A model generated the notes under the pieces. That model was not told the DNA's origin. It saw nothing but the letters and a program-made list of their open reading frames with translations, and did no database searches. A DNA stretch of 64,000 nucleotides from Anaeramoeba ignava BMAN (lineage: Eukaryota; Protista; Anaeramoebae): NCBI GenBank assembly GCA_028826165.1, contig JAPDFW010000062.1, positions 155,644 to 219,643 of the forward strand, read 5' to 3'. Below are positions 13,625-27,989 of the stretch, one piece after another. The translations under genes and the position numbers were made by a program. Position 1 is the first letter of the stretch. Each line of letters starts with the position of its first letter.

Positions 13625-14430
13625 ACAAGAATTTTTAAAGAATTTTATAAAAGAATTTAACAAGAATTTAACAAGAATTTAACAAGAATTTTATAAAAGA
13701 ATTTATAAAAGAATTTAACAAGAATTTAACAAGAATTTAACAAGAATTTATAAAAGAATTTAACAAGGATTTTATAAAAGAATTTTATAAAAGAATTTTA
13801 AATCAAAATTTTAAATCAATTTTAAATCAATTTTTAAATCAATTTAATTAGAAATTTTAAATCAATTTTATAAAAGAATTTAACAAGAATTTAACAAGAA
13901 TTTATAAAAGAATTTTATAAAAGAATTTAACAAGAATTTAACAAGAATTTAACAAGAATTTAACAAGAATTTTATAAAAGAATTTAACAAGAATTTTAAA
14001 AAAGAATTTATAAAAGAATTTAACAAGAATTTAACAAGAATTTTATAAAAGAATTTTTAAAGAATTTTTAAAGAATTTTTAAAGAATTTTAAATCAATTT
14101 TTTAAAAGAATTTTAAATCAATTTTATAAAAGAATTTAACAAGAATTTAACAAGAATTTTTAAAGAATTTATAAATCAATTTTTAAATCAATTTAATTAG
14201 AAATTTTAAATCAATTTTTTAAATCAATTTTTAAATCAATTTTATAAAAGAATTTTTAAAAGAATTTTAAATCAATTTTATAAAAGAATTTAACAAGAAT
14301 TTTAAATCAATTTTATAAAAGAATTTTTAAAAGATTTTTTAAAAGATTTTTAAAAGATTTTTAAAAGATTTTTTAAAGATTTTTATAAGATTTTTAAAAG
14401 ATAAAAAATATTAAAAGATTTTTAAAATTC
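13625..14430. repeat. (AAGAATTTAAC)-type tandem repeat in the convergent 3' spacer
   Basis: Direct inspection. Confidence 0.9.
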
Positions 14431-14439
14431 TTTATTAAA

Positions 14440-17400
14440 TTATTTCTTCTTCTTTGAATCAATATTTCTGGGAAGTTTCCTTTCAAAAGTTGTTTTCCCT
14501 AAAATAATCTTCTCTTTCCTTGATTTCTCTTCATTAACACTTCCAAGTAATAACCTTAATTTTGCTGAATCAATAATTCTCTCAGTTTCTTTTTGATATA
14601 CTATTGACTTCCTTCTCTCTTTCTCATCTTCCTTATTCAACTGATCCCTCTTTAAATTAACATCTCCCAACTTTTCTTTCTCTTCTAAATTTCCTAATTC
14701 CCTCTTTGAATCCAAATCAATGCTTTTTTCTTGTTCTCTTAAAAATTGATTGTGTTTTTTCAAAGCATTTATAAATTTTCGATTTTTTTTATCAGAAATA
14801 TCATTTCCTTTCAACAATTTCAAAGCAAGTAAATCCATTTCACTTTCCGTTTTTTTTGACGGTTTATTTGAAGACGAAAAAATTGTTTTCTTGAGAATTT
14901 CAGTTGAATTTGAAAGAACAAATTTCGCAAGATCAAATGCAAATTGTCTTAAAAAATTATTCCATGTCCAAGCAGTACTTGAATAAGTAAAATCATTTGT
15001 TTGCAGTTCTAAATCCTCGAAATTCGCAAAGAATTTTTTCTGCTCATCTTTGAAACTAATTTTAAGCTCAATTGATGTCACTTTGATATAATTGAAAATA
15101 ATGTTTCTTGATGCTCGATATTTCATAAGTGTAAGATCATCAATTGCACGTTGCTTTGTTTTCTGTTTAACTAGGTTCGTTGTTTCCTGCGGTTTTTTTT
15201 TCTGATTCTTCCCTTTTTTCAATGTGTTTTCTTCATTCCATTTTTCGCCTAATCCGGTTTTCTTATTTTTTGCTTGATTATTTTTTTCAACATTTGACAA
15301 ATGATTGCTATTATTGCTAATATTCTCATTTCCAGTTGTTTCTGATAAATTTTCATTTTTGGAACCATCATCATTTCGAACAAAAAAATCTTGCAAATGC
15401 GAATCTTTCAATCTTTCATTGGGAACAAAATTTGCATGAAGACTCGAGAAATCTTGTTTCAAAAGAGTTTCTAGAACAATAACTGGATCTTGAATAACAT
15501 AAACCTGCTGGTCTGAATTAGATTCAACAATATTTGGATCAATAACTTCAACTGAATCAAATGAGTTTCGCGAGTGATGCGCGCTTTTTGATTCATTTAT
15601 ATTCGCTGAAACAACAACAGCAACATTTTTTGGATCATTTTCCAAATCCTTTTTGGCTTTTCCTTTCTTCTTAAAAAACGGCAGATGAAGTTTTGCTCGA
15701 AAACCTTTTTTTGCTTTTGTCTTTATATCCTCATTTTTCTGCAATCCATGACCTGAATCACCACCTCCAAGTCCTTGTAAAAATTTCTGTCTTGCTTTAT
15801 CTTTTGGATTTTGTGCCTGGAATGATTCAATAAATTGAATTCGATGTTTTTGTTTTGCTGTTTTTTTGCGATCCTTTGAATTTCCAATCTCGCGATTTTT
15901 GGGGTTGATTTTCTCATTCATATTCACATCCAAATCAGTGGGATTGCTCATCCCAAATTTCTCATCAAAAATACTCACAATGCCATGATAACTATCGATA
16001 TTTTTGCTTGGATTGTCGAAATTTTCAAATAAAAAGTGGTACATTTTAACACAAAAATCCTTAGTCAATTTGATTGTGATTGGATGAATATTGACTTCAA
16101 AATGGTCGTAAATCTGGATTCCTCCAACAGGAGCACTTGTCTTGGCTCTGATCAAGAAGGATGTGTTATCCTTGCTCCATCCCTGCTCTCTCATATGCGT
16201 TGGAATAAGCACATCAGGATAAATTGACTTCCGATCTAAATTCTGAATCAAAATGGAGCTAAATTCGTATCTGTTTGAAGACGAACCGTCTTCGTATTCA
16301 ACGATAACTCCTCGTAATTTAGAAAGACTAATTCGTGTAAAAGCCTGTTTGAATTCATCCACAAGTTCCCATCCCATTTCCGAAAATAAATACCGCATCT
16401 GATACGTTGGGATCTTAAGTTTTTCCTTCTTTTTTTGCGTTTCCATTCTTAGTTTAATAAACTCAGTTATTTTCCGCATTTCCTCTTGTTTGCGTCGAAT
16501 CTGCTCAAGAAGATGCTCTTGTTTCTTCACATTTTCTCGGTTCATTTGCGAACCATCTTTATCCTGCGAGGTTTGCTGGAAAGCGAGTAAAGTCTCTGAA
16601 ATACTCACTTCTTTTTTCAACATTTGCAGTTGCGATTTTTTCTCAACAAGTCCTTCTTCTTTGTCAATATCCAGCGATAAAAGCTCCTCATCGATTTGCT
16701 CTTGGAAAAAAGCACGCGGTGTTTTACCGCCAAAGATCCACATCAAAACATCATAAAATTGTTGATATTCGCGGGAATTTGTTCTGAGGAAAAATTTCTT
16801 AAAATAAATAGTGAAATCATCAACTTTGTGATTTGTTTCAAAAATTCCATATTCATCTCCCCGTTTTTTTGTGTGGATATATGTTTTTCTGTTGTATAAT
16901 GTCCAATAAATATGCCACAAAGAAAGTGGGACAATTTGCTTGAGCTCTGAGCCCTTGATTTCTCGTTCATTCAATTTAATATATCGTGCTGGAACCCACA
17001 GAATTTGACTTGATTCTTGGTTTATTTTGCGTGAGTTTTGCAGCGTTTTCTTATCAAATTTCGTATTTGTTTTTGCTGTGAAGATTTGCGAATTACTAAA
17101 TGCAATTTGAAGAAGATTCTTCTCAAAATCGGAATAACAAAGAAGAATCACATTTTCTGAAGGCATTACAAGACAAGCCTGAGCTTCTTCTGATTCCATA
17201 TTGATTTGCATATAAATAAACTTGACTGAATAATTTTTTTCCATATCAACTTTGGTTTTCTTGATGTTTCTCAGCTCTTCTTCAACACGATCTGCATTTG
17301 TTTCTGTTATTTTTTGTTCTGTTTCTTTTTCTTTTTCTTTTTCTTTTTCTTTTTCTTTTTCTTTTTCTTTTTTCATTTTTTTGGAATTTCTTCGTTTTTT

Positions 17401-18235
17401 ATCTTCAATATCTTCAATTTTATTCATAATCATTTGATAAGTATCAATCCATCCATATATTGCACTTCGTATATCTCTTGTAACATAAAATTTAAATTTA
17501 TCAAATATCCATTTCTTTGGGAATTTCCCAAATTCTTTTTCTTCCTCAAATTCATTTTGATTTTGATTTTGATTTTGATTTTGATTTTGATTTTGATTTT
17601 GATTTTGATTTTGATTTTGATTTTGATTTTGATTTTGATTTTGATTTTGATTTTGATTTTCATGTTCACTTTCATTCTCACTTTCATTTTCATCAGCAAT
17701 CCCTCCAAAAAGATAATCTGTTTTATGAAATTTTGTTGCAAATCTTCGTCGATTTTCCTTTTTTTGTTCTAAAATGTAATCATTTGCTTTGATATTTTGA
17801 TTTGGATCTTTTTCTATTGTTTTTTGATATTGAATTTCATGACATCGAGCCCAAATATCTCCTAAGTAATCCCCTTCAGCTTTACTTTTTTGGAAAATCA
17901 ATTCTCCTTCTGGTGTATAAAGAACAGAATATGATTTTTGGAAATGGATATAAGCTTTTGAAATTTCCCATTCTAAAATTTAAAAATTTAAAATTTAAAA
18001 ATTAAAAATTTAAAAATTTTGAAAATTTGAAAATTATAATTAAAATTTACGCTCATTTCTTGTCATATTCCCAATAAATTGAACTTCTCGACTAAAAAAT
18101 TCAATTCCATGGTTTGTTAATTTTTTATTTTTATCCAATTCTCTTTTCAAATCTTGGTTTATATCTTCTTCTTTTTCAATAAAATCATAAGTACGATTTT
18201 GATTTGAATTATTTTCATCATCTCTATTATTATTG

Positions 18236-18270
<35 letters not shown>

Positions 18271-21200
18271 GTAATCATCCTCACTAATATCAAAATGAGG
18301 CATTAATGTTGATGCAATTTGCCAAATTTTAAGATTAAAATCTTCAAGAGTGATTCCAAAATCAATTTCTTTGATATGCTTTCCAAATGAAGTTACAACA
18401 ATATTTTTATTTTCATTTTTATTTTCATTTTCTTTTTTCTTTTCTTGAAAAATTTCGTTTCGATTCAACTTCTTTTTTTTAGAGCAAAGATGAATTGGTG
18501 GATCTGCAAAAAAATCCCATAATTCATAAATCCAGAGAATTGTATTCAAATCTGCTATAAAAGATGTTGTAATTTCATTTTGTTTTTCGTTTTGTTTTTC
18601 ATTTTGATTTTCAGTTTTCATTTTCATTTTCATTTTGATTTTCATTTTCATTTTCACGAAAGCATTTCAAAACTGTCTTGATATTCAATCCATATGAACG
18701 AAATTGTGAATAAGTATCATAATCGAGATTGTTAAATTTTTGTAAATCAAGATCAACATTTCGATGATCAAAAGGATCATCACCCTCATTTTGTAATATC
18801 CAATTAAACCAAACATTTAATTGGAAACAGGGTGATTGAAAAGAAGCATTATTGCCTTGATAAGAAGGAATCTTTATAATACGCACAGCTTTGGAAACCC
18901 ATTTTATTTTCCCAACATTGGAATTGATAATTGATGCATTTTGGAATTGTAATTGAAGACGAGAGAATTTTTTGTGTATTTTAACATGTTTCAACAAATC
19001 AACTTTCAAAAAATTACAATTAAAAATAAACTTCCCATGAAGCAGAAACCGAAATTTATCCCACCAAGCCAATTTTGGACTTGGATCTTTGCTTTTGGGT
19101 GTTAGACGATCTCCTGCAAGTGAAATCTCCCTGAAAACAGGTTCAAAAACTGGAGTATATGTGATTAATCCTTCTGAAGAATTAAGTTCAAGATTGTAAA
19201 AGTTTTTCATTGGAAGCATTGTGCGAGGTATTTTAATTTCTAATCCATCAAATGATATTTTCTGATAAAATACATGCTTTTCGTTGATTGCTTCTTCTTC
19301 ACAAGTAATAAATATCCCTTTTAATATGACTTTTGCTAATGTTATTGGACAAAATGGGAAATCTCGAACTCGGGTTGAAACTTCTTCTGCTTGACAATAT
19401 ATACTGATCCCATAAATATCACTATATTCTATTTTTTGAGACTCTCCATTTTGCTTATAATAATCCAGCAAGGAAATCTGTTTCTTAAGATTGTCATATC
19501 CTGTTAATTCCTTCCCGTTTTGCATGATAAGATCCATATTATTCATACAAAGTCTGAAAAGTATTGCTTGGTTTTGTAAAAGATTTTTGAATTTCGATGT
19601 GCGTTTGCAATAAATTTCTGCATTCTTTTTCTCAAGAAGTTTGAACGCTTGAATTTTCTTTTCCCCAGAAACACCAAGTGCCTCAAGTTTTTGGGAAAGG
19701 ATTTCATATCTATGTTTTTGTAATTTATATTCGTCTTGGAAAATATTGAAACTATTAGTCAAAAATATTTCAAAAATATCATCATCAAAATCAAAATTGA
19801 AATTGTCAGCTCGAATCCTCACGGGTATTTCTAAAGCATTCATCAATGACTTATCCTTTCTTTTATATTTTAAAAGCTCTCTCTGTCTTATTTTCACAGC
19901 TTTATATGTAACTTTAATATCGTCAAGTGCCTTCCCAAAATCAAATTCATAAGGCAACACAAACATAAATTGCTCGAAATTTAGCACTAATCCTTTTTCA
20001 TCTGTTTTCTCCAATTCTTGTGGTTTTGCTCCATTAGTATATTCATATCGAAGAGGATATGATCCTTTGCTTCGATTGATTCCAAAATTCGCTTCAATAA
20101 AAGGTTTTGCATAATTTTCTTCAAGATAATTGCTAGTCAATTCAAATGCTCCTTTTGAGAATTGCATGATATTATTCCCATTAATAAGAAGCTCTGCTTG
20201 GTTAATTGTAAATATAAGTTCGTTTGTGAGAGCTTTAGTTTCATGGAGAATAATTGAAACAAAGACTTGATTATTACAATTAAAGTTGATAACAGATGCT
20301 GGAATTGATAATGTAATTGATTTGCGCAATTTTTTTTCTTCATTTTCTTTTTTTGCTTCATTTCCAATTAATTGCTTCAAAGAATCGCTCGCATGAATAT
20401 AATAATTAATAATTGCAATTTGTGCATTTGCGAGCCATTCAATATAGCAATTACTTGAATATATATTATAAGAAGAGTCTGCTTCTTCAATTAATAAATT
20501 TTCAAAAGAAAGAAGTGTTGTATATTTCTTCGAAGCTCCTTCTGTTTGATAATAATGAAGACCAATATATTTGGTATTAATTTTGACAATATTTGTTGAT
20601 GTGGAAAATGCAAAAGATAATTGGTTTGATTGTAAATAAATCCCATCTTTTTTTTCGGGAAATTGATTTTCCATATAAGATATTTTAATAAGTGTAATAT
20701 CCACAGATAAATTGATTATTCTTGCTCTTTTCTTTGAAACTTGATTTTGTTCTGTTTTCTCTTTTTTCATCATCTTCATTTTTGCTTTTAATTGTAATAT
20801 TGTTGATAATAAATCATCACTAAACCCAACTGTGAAAGATTGAGAACGGATTTGGATATTTAGATGATCTTTCTTATTATCGTTATCGTTATCGTTTTGT
20901 TCTTTTGTTGTACTTTTTGAAAGCGGAAAAGTTATGTTCATTTTCGTTTTCAGTAAATTGAATAGTTTGATCTTTTTTTGGTTTATTAAAAATACTTCAA
21001 ATTGATCCAAATCAACTTTCATATTCATTGAATAGGATTCTTCCTTTTCAACATTTGCGTTTCTCATCAATTTTACTCGTAGATTTTCTTGAATTGGTTT
21101 TGATATATTAAATCCAAGTTGTATGCTTAACTTTGTGAGTAGAAAATTTGCAATTTTTTCAGAATTGATCGAGAATGCTGTATTGATTTTTTGAAATGAT

Positions 21201-22838
21201 ATTGAAACTGTAATTACAGAAAGATATGAATATAGTTTTGAATTATTGTTTGTTTTTTCTACTTGATTTGAAGAAGTCTTTTTCTTAAGAGGGATATTTT
21301 TTATAAAATTTTGAATTGATTCCAGACATTCATTATCAAGATCTAAATTGATGTTTTGGAAATTTAAACCAATTTGAAAACTTTTATTTTGTAAATTTTG
21401 CAAATGGGCTTCTTGTTCGATCAATTCCAAATTATTTTGGAGATCTTCTTTCTTATTGATTATCGATAAAGGAATCCTCATGTTTTCAAACTCAAAAAAA
21501 GTAAACTTTGGTTGAAGATTATTGATATTAAATGAGGTTGAATCTTGGGTATTAAATGAGAAAGTAGCCTTTTTGATATTAAATGAATCAGGATCTTCAT
21601 TTGTTGGATTTTTAATTATAATTTGATCCAATTTTGAAGAAATGGTTTGTATTTGAGAATCGTTTATTTTCTCAAAAAAAACTAAAGAAATATCGTTAAT
21701 ATTCATTTTAAATTTTGACGATAACAAACTTTCTATTTTTTCAACAAATTCTTTTTGAATAAATTGCTTATCTACATCCTTTTCTTTTTGGATATCAGTT
21801 TCCTTCTTGCTTTTATTTTCTCCAAGAAATTCAGAAATGCTTTGAAGTTGGTCGAGATTAAATATTCCCATAATTGATTTTAAATTAAATTCTAAATCAC
21901 GTGGTTTAGGTAAGAGAGTATCTTTGGAAAGCAAAATGACAAAATTAAAATCAAATTCTTCAAGATTAAGAATGAAATCCTGTTCTGGATCATTTTTGAG
22001 CAAAATTTGTTTAATTTTTGATTGCGAAAATGTTTGGTCATGAAGAATAGATTTGAAATTTTGAAACAAAAATTTAAATTCAAAGATGAAATTCTTATTT
22101 GAAGTGCCAAAATATTGAGTTTTAAGAGATATTTTTTTTTGCGAAATGGTAATAAATTTTCCATTTTCATTTTGAATTTGATTTTGATTTTGATTTTGAA
22201 TTTGATTTTGATTTTGATTTTGATATTGATTTTGAATTTGAATTTGATTTTGATTTTGATTTTGATTTTGATTTTGAATTTGAATGAATAAATCATTAAT
22301 TTGAAATTCTGCATAATTTAATAAATAAAAAACAGTTCGATATAAAAATTTGTTATATTTTTTCTTTCCTGAAAAATATTCCTTTTTTATATCATTTTCT
22401 TTTTTTTCTTTAATTTCTTTAATTTCTTTAATTTCTTGTTTTTCTAAAATGGGTTCTTTTTGAATTTTTGATTCACAAGGATTAATAATTATTGAAATTC
22501 CAATTATTGTGAAATTTAATTTTCTTGAAGATTTTCTTAATAAAGTAAAAGGATTAAAAGCTAATTTTTTTATTTTAATAATAAATTGCTTTTTATTTTT
22601 ATTTTTATTTTTAATTTTTAAATTTTATTAATAAAAAAAATTTTTTTTTTATATTATTTACTAAATTTGATTTTTGAATTATAAGAGTAATATTTCTGAA
22701 AGCAAAAATTGATAATAAATCAAGAGAGAAATATGAATTTAATTTTTTTCTAATAAATTTACGAAGAAATAAATTAATTATAATTCTTAAAATTAGAAAA
22801 AGAATAAAAAATTTCAAAAGAAAACGTAAAATATTCAT
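14440..22838 (-). CDS. BLTP2: Bridge-like lipid transfer protein, BLTP2/Hobbit/Fmp27/SABRE family; exons 22838-22662, 22588-18051, 17972-14440, with an apparent frameshift in an (EN)n tract at ~18611-18657
   Basis: N-terminal TM anchor; DPSPKLAWWDKFRFLLHG motif; C-terminal Apt1-type segment (MKYRASRNIIFNYIKV...FTYSSTAWTW); GT-AG introns 22661-22589 and 18050-17973 join the ORFs in frame. Confidence 0.85.
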
Positions 22839-22938
22839 TTAAAATTGAAATGAAAAGAAAAAAAATGAAAAAAATAAAATTCCACTTTTAAAAAATCATT
22901 TTTTTTTCCTTTTTTTTTTTTTTTACAAAACATTTAAA
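22839..22938. promoter_or_regulatory. 100-bp divergent (bidirectional) promoter between BLTP2 and the FAF1-like gene
   Basis: Head-to-head ATGs at 22838 (-) and 22939 (+); TCATTT on each strand facing its own gene. Confidence 0.6.
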
Positions 22939-25900
22939 ATGTCTTTTATTGATTTTATTATTCATGTTAATAAATCAATTACTTATGTTTCAGTAAAAGA
23001 AACTTATTCTATTGAAGAATTTAAACAAGAATTATCACTTTATATAGGAATTGAACCAAAAAAACAATTTATAAAAGGTTTAAAAAATGAAAATGAAAAG
23101 GTTTTTAAAATTTAAAAACAAAAACAAAAACAAAAACAAAAAATATTTTTTTTTCCTTTTTTTCCTTTTTTTTTTTTTAATAAAATTAATAAAAATAAAA
23201 ATAATAATAATAATAGGAAATTCTCAAAAATATGAATTTAAATCAACCTCATCATATTACAATAAAATCTCAAAATGATTTCAATTTAAAAAATTCAAAA
23301 AATTTAAAAAAAAAAGATTTGGATGAGATTAATTATCATTATTCTTATAGTGGAAATTCATCTCCAATTTCACAAAATTTCAAAAAAAATAGTTTTGAAA
23401 ATACAGAAGGAACAACAAATACAAATCAAGTAAGGAAAAGAAAAAGAAAAATTATTTAAAAAAAAAAATTAATAAAAATTAATAATTTAAAAGCCACATT
23501 CACAAAGCAGGTTTGAAACAAAAATGCGTTTAGCTCAAAAAAATATACGTTCATATTCAACATCTAATTCTAATTCTAATTCTAATTCTAATTCTAATTC
23601 AAAATCAAAATCAACATCAAAATCTAAATCTAAATCAACATCAAAATCAAAATCTACATCTAAATCATATAAATCATCTAAATCAACATCTAAATCAACA
23701 TCTAAATCAACATCTAAATCAACATCTAAATCATCTAAATCAACATCTAAATCAACATCTAAATCAAAATCAAAATCAACATCTAAATCAACATCAAAAT
23801 CAACATCAAAATCAACATCAAATTCAAATTCAAAAAAAAAAGAAAAACCAAATTCAGATAGAAATTTTGATTTCAATTCCGATTCTGAAATTGATTCTGA
23901 AACAGAAACTGATTCTGATTCTGATTCTGATTCTGATTCTGATTCTAATTCTAATCATAATTCTAATTATAATTCTAATTATAATTATAATTCTAATTCT
24001 AATTCTAATTCTAATTCTAATTCTAATTCTAATTCTAATTCTAATTCTAATTCTAATTCTAATTCTAATTATAATCATAATTCTAATTCTAATTCTAATT
24101 ATAATCATAATTCTAATTATAATCATAACCAAAATCAATTTCAAAATCAATTTCAAAATCAATTTCAAATTCAAAATCTAAATCAATTCCAAATTCAAAA
24201 CTTAAATGAAAATAAATATAATTCTGATAAAAATGCAAATCAAATACAAATTCAAAATATAAATCGAAAATCTGAATCTGAAACAATTTCTGAAAGTGAT
24301 TCTCCTAGTTATTCTCAAACAAATATAAATATAAATCAAATTCAAAATCAAAAATCATCCAAATCTAAATCTAAATCTAAATCTAAATCTAGATCTAATT
24401 CAAAATCAAAATCAAAATCAAAATCAACTTCAAATTCAATATCAATTTCAAAATCTAAATCAAAATCAAAATCAAATTCAATATCAACTTCAATATCAAC
24501 TTCAAAATCTAAATCTAAATCTAAATCAAAATCAAATTCAATATCAACTTCAATATCAACTTCAAAATCTAAATCTAAATCAAATTCAATATCAACTTCA
24601 AAATCTAAATCAAAATCTAAATCTAAATCTAAATCTAAATCTAAATCAAATTCAATATCAACTTCAAAATCTAAATCAAAATCTAAATCAAAATCTAAAT
24701 CAAAATCTAAATCAAAATCTAAATCAAAATCTAAATCAAAATCTAAATCAAAATCAAAATCTGAATCTAAAACAGTTTCTGAAAGTGATTCTGAAAGAAA
24801 TACAAACCAAAAACAACCAATAAATCTCACACTTAATGGAATTAATGTTTTAAAAAAATTATCTGTTAATTCCCTCAAATCTTTTAATGGAAAAAATTTT
24901 AATTTTAATGATTGGGATCTTTTTCAAAAAAGTAAACCAAAAGGTTTCGAACTAAACTTCAACAAATCTTTAAATTTATCTAAACAAACTGATAATCTAA
25001 ATCAAGAAATAAAATTCCCTTATGGAAAAAAAGATGAAAGTTCAGAAACAGATCCATTTATCTCAGAAAATACGTCAAATAGTGATGAAAATGATCAAAG
25101 TATTTTTTCAAATGAAAATGATAAAAAAAATCAAATTTCACAAAGTTTTTCTTCTGATGAACAAGAAAAATCGCAAATTGATAAAATGGATAATTTACAA
25201 AAAAATATTCATTCAAATTCTAATCAAGATGAAATTACTGATCCATATGATTTTATGCTTAATTTTTCAAAAGTAATTTCAAAAAAATTTGGATAAACTA
25301 TTTTAAAATTTAAATTATTAATATTTCTATTATATTATATTATTATATTATTTTAAAGAATAATATTAATTCTGTTCATCCAAACTCAATTTTAATTCAA
25401 AAATTCCCAAAAATTTTTGGGAAAAAATATCAAAGAGTTTCAAACAAAGAAATTTTAAGAATAGCTTTGAAAAAAAATAAATCAGTAATATTTATTATTG
25501 GAGATTTGCAAACGAAAGAGAATATAAGAATGATTAAAAAATTTTTCTTGAATCCAGAAATTGGAAAAATAATTAGAACACATTTTTTAGTTTGGGCTTG
25601 TGATGTTCAATATGAGGAAAATATTGAGGCTTTATATTTAGCATTTCGAATAAAAGAATTTCCTTTTTTAATGTTTCATGACAAGAAAAAAATCCAAACT
25701 CTTGAAGGTTTTAAATTAATTTTTATAATTTTAATTCAAAATTTAAATTTTAATTTTTATAAATGAATTTTAAAAGGTGAAGGAATTACAGAAGAACAAT
25801 TTAAAATAAAACTTAAAAGATTTATTCCTGATAAAAAATTAAAACAATTCCAAGGATTGCTTGTTCTTCCAAAAAATGATGATTCAAATTCAAGAATTAA

Positions 25901-26291
25901 ATATGAAAAAAATTTGGAATATGAAAAATCAATAAGATCAGATCAAGCAAAAAAAGAATTAATAAAAAAGCAAAAAAAACTCAAAAAATCAATAAATAAA
26001 GATTCAAAATGTTATCCAAATGAACCTTTAGTAAATGATCCTGATCAAATTAGTATCAGATTTTCTTGTGAAGGAAGAACTTATGATAGAAGATTTTATA
26101 AAAATGATCTTTTGGATTCTTTATTTCTTCATCTTATTACTTTGAATCAAAATTATAAAGAAATTGAATTAATTGATATTGCTTCAAAACAAATTTTCTC
26201 TTATGATAATTGGGAAAATAGAAATAAACAAATAAATGAAGTTGGAATTAAACAAAACTCAAGATTTATTGTTAGAACAAAAGAAGATTAA
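22939..26291 (+). CDS. FAF1-like UBX protein (UBL, long Ser/Lys/Asn tract, UAS, coiled coil, UBX); exons 22939-23100, 23217-23429, 23494-25272, 25359-25707, 25777-26291
   Basis: N-terminal ubiquitin-like segment (SIEEFKQELSLYIGIEPKKQFIKG); UAS (HFLVWACDV, FPFL); YEKSIRSDQAK coil; UBX (PNEP..ISIRF..YDRRFYKND..NEVGI); four GT-AG introns keep the frame. Confidence 0.8.
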
Positions 26292-26449
26292 AATTCTTTT
26301 TTAAAATTCTTTTTCAAAATTCTTTTTCTCTTTTCAATTAAAATTTTTAATAAAAAAAGAAAATTAAAAAAAAAAAAATTTTTTTTTATTATTTAAAAAT
26401 CATTTTTTTTCTTATTCTTTATTTCAAATTAATTAATTTACTTTTTAAA

Positions 26450-27809
26450 ATGACTAAATTTATAGGAGGAATTGATGGGTTAAAAATTTATTAAATTAAT
26501 AAAAAAAGAAAAAGATTTGATAAATTAAAAAATTAATTAATTAATTAATTAAAAATTAAAAAATATTTTTTCTTCTTCTTTCTTCTTTCTTCTTCTTTTT
26601 ATTTTTCAATTTTCAATTTTCAATAAAATTATTCAGAGGAGCAACAAACTCAACAATGGTTATTATGAAAAGTCCAGATGGAGAAATTATTGCTAGAGTA
26701 ACTGGTGGTCCAACAAATCAATTTTTAGATTTTGAAGGAACAGTTTCAACAATAATTGAAATGACAAAAAAAGCAAAAGAACAAGCAAATATTCCTTCAG
26801 ATCAACTTTTAGATTCCTTAGGTTTATCTTTAAGTGGACTTGAAAGTGAAAAAGAACAAAATAGAATGAAGAACGAACTTTCGAAATACGGTTTAAGTTC
26901 AAATTTTTATTTATGCAATGATTCTTTTGGTTCACTTGCAACAGCTTTTCAACCAAATACAGAACGAATTGTGGTTATTTCGGGAACTGGCTCGGTTTGC
27001 AGAATGATTGACAGTTCTGGTAAAGTTTATAGAGTTGGTGGTTGGGGTCATGTTCTTGGTGATGAAGGAAGTTGTAAACAAATAAACAATTATTTAAAAG
27101 AAAAAAAAAATTTTTTTTTTCACCTTTTGATCAAATTTTTTTCACCTTTTTGATCCAAAAAAAATTTTTTTCTTTTTCTTTTTTATTTTTAATAGCTTAT
27201 TATGTTGCTATGAAAGCTGTTAAATCTGTTATTCGTTTTTTGGAAAAAAATGTTAAAGAGAAATATTTCGAATACGATCATAGTGTTTTAATTAGAATTG
27301 TATTTGAATATTTTCAAATTCATGATATTAATGAATTATTAGATATTTTTTATCGACGTTTTTCAAAAAACTATGTTGCTGGATTAACAAAATATCTTTC
27401 ACAAGGTTTTTAGAAAACAAAAAAAAAATATTTATTTTAATAATTTTATTTTTTATATTTTTAAATAGAACTCAAAAATCAAGATCCATTATGTTCATTA
27501 ATTTTTAAAAAAGCAGCAAAACAACTTGCAAGAATGATTTTAGCAGTTTTAAAGCAAAGAGGAAATGATTTGGAAAAAACACAAACACAAATTCAAATTC
27601 TTTGTTGTGGATCAATGTGGAATAATTTTACCGATTTCCAAAATGATTTTCTAAAAAATATCCGAAAAGGAATAAAAACAAAAATTAAATTTGTACAACT
27701 TACAGATACAAGTGCTATTGGTTCATGTTTATTAGCAGCTCATGAAAAAGAATATCCTTTAAATTTCAATCATTCTTCAGCAATTAGAATTTTATATGAA
27801 GAAAAATAA
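26450..27809 (+). CDS. NAGK: N-acetylglucosamine kinase (BadF/BadG ATPase family); exons 26450-26478, 26637-27073, 27196-27405, 27469-27809
   Basis: FIGGIDGGATNS across intron 1, LGLSLSG, NDS, IVVISGTGSVC, GGWGHVLGDEGS, CCGSMW. Confidence 0.92.
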
Positions 27810-27989
27810 CTTCTTTTTTTTCTTTTTCTTTTTTTCCTTTCATTTTCTTTCATTTTTTTTAATAAAATTTTGTTTTTTTTTTTTCATTTTTTTCATTTTT
27901 TTTTTAATTCAAATTTTATTATTTTTTTGCTTTTTTTTTTGTCAATTAAACAAACAAAAAAAAAAATTTTTTTATAATATTAAATAAGA

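Noticed and set aside
11823-16970. Antisense and alternate-frame ORFs overlapping the FG-GAP and BLTP2 genes
   Set aside because: Shadow ORFs of GC-richer coding sequence with no recognisable motifs
18611-18657. Programmed frameshift or split gene in BLTP2
   Set aside because: The break lies inside a (TTTTCA)n tract; a single-base assembly error is far more likely
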